IMG/VR virus record: IMGVR_UViG_3300023174_000042
Coordinates: 208,577 to 272,576 of that record
Length of the DNA: 64,000 bases
Direction: 5' to 3' (one strand)
The notes under the pieces were generated by a model. That model was not told where the DNA came from. It made no database searches and saw nothing but the letters and a program-made list of their open reading frames with translations. Positions 58,033 through 64,000 of the stretch are shown here, in pieces. Position 1 is the stretch's first letter, and each line of letters starts with the position of its first letter. The position numbers and the translations under genes were made by a program.

Positions 58033-58863
58033 ATGGACCCTACAAAAATTCTTTTACTTGTAAAATATACTAAACAAATTCACAAATCTTTAAAGGATTT
58101 TTCAAATTCTGATATTTTTAATACTATTGCAGACATCAGAAATAAAATCTATAATGATGAGTTCTTGAGTTTATATCTTTCTAAATTAAATGGTTCTGAG
58201 GAATTATACTTGTTTTTTTCAATTTATCTTTATCATAAAAATGGTGACGCTGCAAAATCAGTAAAGTATGTTTTAGAAAATTTAAAAGGATATTTTTTTT
58301 CAGAATTTGAAAATGATGGATATAAATTAGAAGAGTGTGGAAATTGCTATGGTTACGGAAGAGAAGATTGTGACTATTGCGATGGATCAGGAACTGAAGA
58401 ATGTAGAGAATGTAGTGGTGAAGGAGTTGTTACTTGTGATGACTGTGGTGGTTCAGGTGAAGATGAAGATGGACAAAGATGCGAAACTTGTAATGGAGAT
58501 AGTCACGTAACTTGTGAAGATTGCCAAGGTCGTGGTTCTTCTACATGTAATAGTTGTGGTGGTGATGGTCATTTTGAATGTAATGATTGTAATGGTTCAG
58601 GCGAAGTAGAAACTGACGAACTATTAGTTAATGAAGTAAATTCTTCAGTTTACACACTAAATAATTTGGACTTAATTTTTGATGAAGGTGAATTGATAAA
58701 TGAAAAAGTCTATGAAACTAGAGTCTTAATACAGCCTTATTTTAGAATAGCAAAATGGTCAGGTGATTATACAGTTGATGAAATTGAATATGAATTTGAT
58801 TTAGAAAATTTGGACTTTTCAAATGGTTATCTTGTTTTATATAACGGAAGATTACCTGTTTAA
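58033..58863 (+). CDS. protein with eight DnaJ-type CxxCxGx(G) zinc-finger repeats, no J domain
   Basis: CGNCYGYG, CDYCDGSG, CRECSGEG etc. Confidence 0.8.
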   Translation: MDPTKILLLVKYTKQIHKSLKDFSNSDIFNTIADIRNKIYNDEFLSLYLSKLNGSEELYLFFSIYLYHKNGDAAKSVKYVLENLKGYFFSEFENDGYKLEECGNCYGYGREDCDYCDGSGTEECRECSGEGVVTCDDCGGSGEDEDGQRCETCNGDSHVTCEDCQGRGSSTCNSCGGDGHFECNDCNGSGEVETDELLVNEVNSSVYTLNNLDLIFDEGELINEKVYETRVLIQPYFRIAKWSGDYTVDEIEYEFDLENLDFSNGYLVLYNGRLPV

Positions 58864-59361
58864 AAACTTCAACTTATACATTGTTGAATAGATCAATTCT
58901 TGAATTCCATCAATTTGATTTTGAATGTAAGTATCTTCACAACAATCTCTTTTTTCTTCTATTGTGTTTAATAAACTTGTAAAGTATTTTAAAACTTGAT
59001 TTTTGTTTTTATAAGTTTGATTTTTATATGACTTATAATTTTTTAAAAGTCCGTATTTTCCTTGAAAAGATTCAATTAAACTATCAACAAGCTCATCAAT
59101 TCCTTCATAGTATTTTTGAAGAGATTTGTGTTCTGCATATGAATTTGTTCCTAAATGGAAAATATGAACTTGTGTTTGTGAATGTAATAATTGACAAACC
59201 ATTTCACAAAAATCTTCGTTATGACTTGAAGAAGTTTGATCTTCATTTTCATCAGTATCATCGTTTTCTTTTTGGTCATCATCGTCATCTTCTTCTTGTT
59301 CCCAAAGATTTCTTCTTTTTAATTCTTCTTTTAGTTTTTCTGTCAAATCAAACTTATTCAT
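58852..59361 (-). CDS. leader-bearing ferritin/Dps-like protein (DUF5856-like)
   Basis: HIFHL.T.SYAEHKSL..YY..D.LIE.FQG, YKLKFL. Confidence 0.75.
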   Translation of the reverse strand: MNKFDLTEKLKEELKRRNLWEQEEDDDDDQKENDDTDENEDQTSSSHNEDFCEMVCQLLHSQTQVHIFHLGTNSYAEHKSLQKYYEGIDELVDSLIESFQGKYGLLKNYKSYKNQTYKNKNQVLKYFTSLLNTIEEKRDCCEDTYIQNQIDGIQELIYSTMYKLKFLNR

Positions 59362-59400
59362 AATATATTTTTATTATAAATATATCTAAAATAAAATTAG

Positions 59401-60093
59401 TTATAAAAAACTAACCTCATTTGTTATTGGGTTCCAATCAATGTGCCATGGCAATTGAGAATATAGGTATCGTTCATTCAATACTGACGCATTAAAGAAA
59501 TGTGTATTTCCGTCATAATAATGTCCGTAACCACTATGAATGTGACCACAGATATGAATCTTTGGCTTAATTTGTTTGATTCGTTCAGCAAGTAACTCAC
59601 AACCCAAATGTTGTCCTCGACGACCTTCAACATCATCTAACATACCCCAAGCCGGACCGTGAGTAATTAAAATATCTATGTCATCAGGAATCATATCCCA
59701 AACCTTTTTCAATTCTTCACCGTTTCGTTCTAAGTTAAATGCCCAATTATAGAACTCAGGTTGCCAAGGACTACCCCAAATTTTAATTTCAGGTCCATCA
59801 CCATCTTGGATGATCATTAACTCATCTTCAAGATATTCAATAGTTTTGTAACCTGTAAGTAATCCTTTAATTTTTTCAACATTATTTTGAAACCCCCAGT
59901 CGTGGTTACCAGCAATAAAAACTTTAGTAGTGTAGTTGTTTAAACCGTCATACCATTTAGCAAATTCTTTGATCTCATGCTCATACCCCATAGAAGAAAT
60001 ATCTCCGGCATGTAAAAGCAAATCACCACCCTTCAAATCACCTGTAACGTGTTTGTGTTTGTTGTGAGTATCAGAAATTATTGAAATTCGCAT
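59401..60093 (-). CDS. calcineurin-like metallophosphoesterase
   Basis: ISDTH, HAGD, IAGNHD, THGP, GHIH. Confidence 0.9.
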   Translation of the reverse strand: MRISIISDTHNKHKHVTGDLKGGDLLLHAGDISSMGYEHEIKEFAKWYDGLNNYTTKVFIAGNHDWGFQNNVEKIKGLLTGYKTIEYLEDELMIIQDGDGPEIKIWGSPWQPEFYNWAFNLERNGEELKKVWDMIPDDIDILITHGPAWGMLDDVEGRRGQHLGCELLAERIKQIKPKIHICGHIHSGYGHYYDGNTHFFNASVLNERYLYSQLPWHIDWNPITNEVSFL

Positions 60094-60113
60094 TGTTTTT
60101 ATTTTTTATATTA

Positions 60114-60144
60114 CAAATATAATAAAAATTAAATTTATAACAAA
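60114..60144 (-). promoter_or_regulatory. Bacteroidetes-type promoter
   Basis: TTTG-N19-TATATTTG. Confidence 0.7.
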
Positions 60145-60201
60145 TACTTTTTTATATTAAAAAAAAGTTTTATGTTTGTAAAAATTAACTAAATCTGTAA
60201 T

Positions 60202-60654
60202 ATGACAAAAGAAAAAATTAATCACAATCTAAGAAGACTTAGAAGAAAAACATCTCTAATTTTCAACAAACTTTTAAATCCTTCACATCACGAAAGAAAG
60301 GTAAAAAAACCTTTAAACATGACTGAAAGTGAGTCTCAAGCAGTTCGCATTTGGACCAAAGTAGTTCATCATAAAGATAGCGAACTAATGTATAACCCTA
60401 AAACTCATGACTCTTACGCTGTTTGGGAATCTCCAAACGGAATGATTTATCTTTTTTTAGAAAAAGAAAAAATGAGAATTATAAATACTGTTGTTGGTTA
60501 CGATGTAAAATTAAGTGACAAAGTTGATCATTGGTGTTCATCTATATTTGCAAGAGAAGTCGATAAAAGAAGAACCAAATTTAAAATGGATGCTGAGTCG
60601 AAAGTTACTCACTCTTTGGATTCTTTAGAAAGTAGATTAAATCTACCAAATTAA
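60202..60654 (+). CDS. hypothetical protein
   Basis: TATGTTTG upstream. Confidence 0.7.
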   Translation: MTKEKINHNLRRLRRKTSLIFNKLLNPSHHERKVKKPLNMTESESQAVRIWTKVVHHKDSELMYNPKTHDSYAVWESPNGMIYLFLEKEKMRIINTVVGYDVKLSDKVDHWCSSIFAREVDKRRTKFKMDAESKVTHSLDSLESRLNLPN

Positions 60655-60658
60655 AACA

Positions 60659-60693
60659 AAAAAAGGTAAGAATTAATCTTACCTTTTTTTTTT
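60659..60693. terminator. bidirectional intrinsic terminator
   Basis: AAAAGGTAAGA/TCTTACCTTTT inverted repeat between convergent genes. Confidence 0.75.
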
Positions 60694-60705
60694 AATCTTT
60701 TTTTA

Positions 60706-61590
60706 TTATAGACTAAGTAACATGTCAATTAGTTCTTGTTGAGGGAACATATCGGTTTTGTCCTTTCTTGTGTTTGTATGTGTCCACATCCCTTTGACTT
60801 TTCCGTAATAAGCATTTTCGTTAAAATCAAATGCCTTTACACCATTCTTTTTAATTTCTGAAATTAAACCTGAATGAATATCAATATTATCTCTTTTTGC
60901 AACAAACAAAATAAGTTCTTTCAATGTTGAAAGTTGTTTATCTGAATATCTGTGCCAAGTTTTATGTCCTCTAAACACTTGGTTTAATTCAACAATTTGT
61001 TTTGGGTCTGCTTTTTGTCCTGAATAAGTTTTTCCTTCATTTATCGGTCCAAAATTACAAGTTTCAATACCAACAGAATGTGAATGCATGTATTCAGATC
61101 CATTATCACCTAAATGCCATGCGTAACCTCCTTCTGGAAATGCTTGAACAATTGTTCCGTCATAAGTTTCATCTCCATTAAAAACAGATTGACCTCCTAA
61201 TACAAACTCTGTTGCAATTCTTCCTCTTGTGTCGTTATTCCACATTGTAACCACTTGATAAGGATTATTACCTCCAGCGGTGTGATGTAAAAATAAATAT
61301 TCTTTTTTTGTTGGTCCTTTAAGATATTCGTCTTTATCTAAATACTTTTGATTGAAAATAAGTTTATTAGATGAATCAAATGATTCAGAAAGATCTGTTG
61401 TAATTTCAAATCCCATCACATTCCAAGTTTTTTCATCAACTTGACCTGTTTCTTTTAATTTATTTTCTTTTTGGAATTTTTTAACGGCCTCTTCTGTTTT
61501 TTTTCCAAAATCTCCATCAACTTTGATTTTTAAAAATCTTTGTAGTTGTTCTACTTTTTTTCCTTTTGATCCTAATTCCAATGTTTTCAT
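60706..61590 (-). CDS. N-acetylmuramoyl-L-alanine amidase with N-terminal peptidoglycan-binding domain (endolysin)
   Basis: LGSKG..V..LQ..L..DGDFG..TE.AVKKFQ; LHHTAG, AWHLG, SVGIE, TH..R.DK.D. Confidence 0.88.
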   Translation of the reverse strand: MKTLELGSKGKKVEQLQRFLKIKVDGDFGKKTEEAVKKFQKENKLKETGQVDEKTWNVMGFEITTDLSESFDSSNKLIFNQKYLDKDEYLKGPTKKEYLFLHHTAGGNNPYQVVTMWNNDTRGRIATEFVLGGQSVFNGDETYDGTIVQAFPEGGYAWHLGDNGSEYMHSHSVGIETCNFGPINEGKTYSGQKADPKQIVELNQVFRGHKTWHRYSDKQLSTLKELILFVAKRDNIDIHSGLISEIKKNGVKAFDFNENAYYGKVKGMWTHTNTRKDKTDMFPQQELIDMLLSL

Positions 61591-61613
61591 TTTTTTATTT
61601 TTAAATTTATTTT

Positions 61614-61952
61614 TTAATTTTCTCTGTCGTAAGATTGAAATACACAAACAAAAATTAAGTCTTGTTTGCTTCCACTTTTATTAAATACTTTATGAAAAGC
61701 CCCGTCAGGAATCATAACAATATCTCCTGAACTAACTTCAAAAGTTTCTTCATCTAATTGCATGGTTCCACTTCCACTTTTAAAAAAGTAAATTTCTTCT
61801 AATCCTTCATGTAAATGTCCTGATGTTTGTTTGTTTGGATGTAAAATAGTTTTGGACAAAACCATGTTGTTTAATTTTCTGTTGTCTTCTACAACATAAA
61901 CGTCATTATCTCTAATAATGTTTCCTAATAAATTATCTGTTGTTACTTTCAT
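61614..61952 (-). CDS. cupin domain protein
   Basis: H.H..EEIY..G.G..GD...IP.G.FH. Confidence 0.85.
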   Translation of the reverse strand: MKVTTDNLLGNIIRDNDVYVVEDNRKLNNMVLSKTILHPNKQTSGHLHEGLEEIYFFKSGSGTMQLDEETFEVSSGDIVMIPDGAFHKVFNKSGSKQDLIFVCVFQSYDREN

Positions 61953-62194
61953 TTTTTTGTTTCAATTTCTTCAATATTAATATCTGAAGAATTAAAGTTT
62001 AATTGTTTTTTCCAATCACCCAAATTAAGTGTTGTCCAAACTTGTTTTTCTTTGTTATATAAAGTAACCATAAGATAATTTAGTTCTGAAATAAATATTT
62101 TTTCTAAAATATATTTTTTATTTATATTTTTTTTAAATGAAGGAAAGTCTCCGTCTGATAATTGTGGGTCATCCCACGATGTGTCTCTATTCAT
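61949..62194 (-). CDS. hypothetical protein
   Basis: 81-aa ORF. Confidence 0.55.
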   Translation of the reverse strand: MNRDTSWDDPQLSDGDFPSFKKNINKKYILEKIFISELNYLMVTLYNKEKQVWTTLNLGDWKKQLNFNSSDINIEEIETKK

Positions 62195-62198
62195 AATT

Positions 62199-62324
62199 TT
62201 ATTTTTTTAATCTATAACCAATAAACCATAAATCAACTCTGAAAAACCAATTACCGTCGTGTTTTCCAAAACCAATTCTAATCATCCGATTATTGTGGTT
62301 AAGTTTTATTTTATCAATTTTCAT
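62199..62324 (-). CDS. small hypothetical protein (41 aa)
   Basis: Fills the gap between thyA and the next gene; MKIDKIKLNHNNRMIRIGFGKH.. Confidence 0.45.
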   Translation of the reverse strand: MKIDKIKLNHNNRMIRIGFGKHDGNWFFRVDLWFIGYRLKK

Positions 62325-62326
62325 TT

Positions 62327-63358
62327 TTAATTTGAAAGCGGCATTTTGATAGTCGGGTGTGATTGGTAGTTCTCTAACGTAATATCATCCAAAGTATATT
62401 CTGAAATATCATTAACATCTCTATCGGATAATTTTACTGTTGGTAATTCATATGGTTTTCTTGTTAATTGTTCTTTAATTGGTTCAATGTGATTACGATA
62501 TAAATGAACGTCTCCTCCATTGTAAATCAATTCGTCAGGAACCATATTAACTTGTTTGGCAATAATCATCAATAATAATCCGTATGATGATAAATTAAAA
62601 CTCAACCCCAATCCTACGTCGGTACTTCTCATATTAAACATTAAAGATATTGCTCGTTTAGGGACTGGATATAATTCATTAATTTCCTCATGAGTGCATT
62701 TATTAAAATCAAACGGGTCAAATACTTTATATGTTTTAGAGGCCAAATCAAATCGTTCTTTAATAGATAACTCTCTTGTATAAACTTGAAATCCATAGTG
62801 ACATGGTGGTAACACTTGATGTGGCAAATCCGATGCGTTCCACGCTGACAAGAGTAGCCTGCGACTATCAGGATTTGTTTTAAGATCGTTGATTAGATTT
62901 TGGATTTGGTCTATACCTTTATTACCAAATTCATCATCAGACTTACCATTCCAGTTACGCCAGCCGTGACCATAGATTTTTCCTAATTCGCCCCATTGTT
63001 TAGCAAACTCATTATCTGTTTTGATTCTATCCACAAACATTTTTTCATCCAAATGTGGTTCCCAAGGTTGGACTTTGTTTGAATAATTTTTATAAGCATC
63101 ACCATTCCAAATATGACAATCATTATCAACAAGGAACTTAATGTTTGTATCACCACGAAGAAACCATAATAACTCGGTCACCATAGTCTTCCAAGCCATT
63201 TTCTTTGTTGTAAGAAGTGGAAATTTACCATCTTTAAATTTGTATCTAATAGACCGTCCAAATACACTTAAAACTTCACCATTACGTGTATTCTTTTTAA
63301 TACCATTATCCAAAATGTCTTGAAGTAATGCTAAGTATTGTTTATCTAGTTCGTTCAT
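62327..63358 (-). CDS. thyA: thymidylate synthase
   Basis: FPLLTTKK, ELLWFLRG, PDSRR, LPPCH, RS.D..LG..FN, DVHLY.NH. Confidence 0.95.
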   Translation of the reverse strand: MNELDKQYLALLQDILDNGIKKNTRNGEVLSVFGRSIRYKFKDGKFPLLTTKKMAWKTMVTELLWFLRGDTNIKFLVDNDCHIWNGDAYKNYSNKVQPWEPHLDEKMFVDRIKTDNEFAKQWGELGKIYGHGWRNWNGKSDDEFGNKGIDQIQNLINDLKTNPDSRRLLLSAWNASDLPHQVLPPCHYGFQVYTRELSIKERFDLASKTYKVFDPFDFNKCTHEEINELYPVPKRAISLMFNMRSTDVGLGLSFNLSSYGLLLMIIAKQVNMVPDELIYNGGDVHLYRNHIEPIKEQLTRKPYELPTVKLSDRDVNDISEYTLDDITLENYQSHPTIKMPLSN

Positions 63359-63554
63359 ATTCTTTTTGTTTTAAATCTAATTCACTTTCATAAAAATAAG
63401 GACAACACCATTTTCTTTCATCACAATTAAGCTTAATCATTTTTCCATTATAACAACCCACTTGAGTTACTGTAGCCCAACCACTATATCTAGTTTTAAC
63501 TCTGTCACCTACTTTTAAGTCACTAAATGTCATTGTTCTCTTATTATTTCCCAT
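63342..63554 (-). CDS. small SH3-like hypothetical protein
   Basis: LKVGDRVK. Confidence 0.55.
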   Translation of the reverse strand: MGNNKRTMTFSDLKVGDRVKTRYSGWATVTQVGCYNGKMIKLNCDERKWCCPYFYESELDLKQKEYERTR

Positions 63555-63733
63555 TTAAAATTATATGTCTGACCTATTGTATCACCAACATCATTAGAAT
63601 GCAGGATAAGCATAGTGTTTTCTTTATCATTTAATAGTGAAGTAAACCACTCTAATTCTTCTTCATCACTATGTGAATACCAGGTATCTTCATCAAACTC
63701 AATTTCTGCCTCAATTTTTATTTTTGCTTTCAT
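63530..63733 (-). CDS. hypothetical protein
   Basis: 67-aa ORF. Confidence 0.6.
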   Translation of the reverse strand: MKAKIKIEAEIEFDEDTWYSHSDEEELEWFTSLLNDKENTMLILHSNDVGDTIGQTYNFKWEIIREQ

Positions 63734-63828
63734 ATCATTTCTATTTAGTTAATGTGGCAAAATTTACCCCTTATCCTTTATTGATTTGTTCTTGTTGTTT
63801 AGTTAATAAATTACGCCATTAAAACGGC

Positions 63829-63880
63829 GGATAACAGTCGGTAAGCACCATTAAAACGGATGCATACCTTTATGTTATAC
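63829..63880 (-). other. attC-like imperfect palindrome
   Basis: GTATAAC...GTTATCC ends with internal bulged stem, 6 nt after a stop codon. Confidence 0.45.
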
Positions 63881-63886
63881 ACAATA

Positions 63887-64000
63887 CTAATCCATATATT
63901 TTCGACCAATACCTAAAATTTCTTCTCGTGAAACAGCACTTAATGATGTTAATACCTCAAATAGAAATCTTTTGTTATGGATAGTCCCATTAAAACAATT
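63887..64000 (-). CDS. 3' end of a gene running in from beyond the window
   Basis: Open frame ending ..EEILGIGRKYMD*. Confidence 0.5.
   Translation of the reverse strand, partial: NCFNGTIHNKRFLFEVLTSLSAVSREEILGIGRKYMD

Noticed and set aside
1979-59361. Leaders as Sec signal peptides
   Set aside because: They are charged and amphipathic with no hydrophobic core; true signal peptides in the window (3342, 9614, 15893) look different.
62327-63358. Intron or intein in thyA
   Set aside because: The frame is continuous, and the insertions are short with no splicing motifs.

Overview
AT-rich segment of a large tailed-phage genome (jumbo-phage-like, standard genetic code, mostly minus-strand genes), very probably infecting a Bacteroidetes host. 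Evidence for the host: Bacteroidetes-type promoters (TTTG-N19/20-TAnnTTTG) and a T9SS type-B C-terminal domain protein. Contents: (i) a tRNA region (0.3-5 kb) with Asp, Glu, fMet, Ile, Phe and Ser tRNAs, an Arg(UCU) tRNA split by a 202-nt group I intron, a D-armless tRNA-like gene and interspersed structured RNAs; (ii) metabolic and repair genes (guaC, thyA, slyD-like PPIase, umuC/umuD-like, uvrC-like, metallophosphoesterase), three peptidoglycan hydrolases, a six-gene glycosyltransferase cluster and two free-standing endonucleases; (iii) a ~1.6 kb mostly non-coding, strand-skewed origin/terminus-like region at ~29.8-31.45 kb. The most striking feature is about 40 otherwise unrelated ORFs that share short N-terminal leaders (e.g. 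MKRIVRLTESDLARIVRRVINEE, MKIIITEDQY, MNLQEQIRRILKEE, MKELIRHILKEE), usually ending in I/L-x-E and sitting behind a common TATTTAT motif. A 1018-aa 'polyprotein' has modules joined by the same I/L-x-E linkers, and one of its modules also occurs as a stand-alone gene. I infer a large, modular, reshufflable arsenal of capsid-packaged, prohead-protease-processed proteins, analogous to but much larger than the T4 internal protein/Alt system. Family assignments are from motif recognition only; no searches were run.
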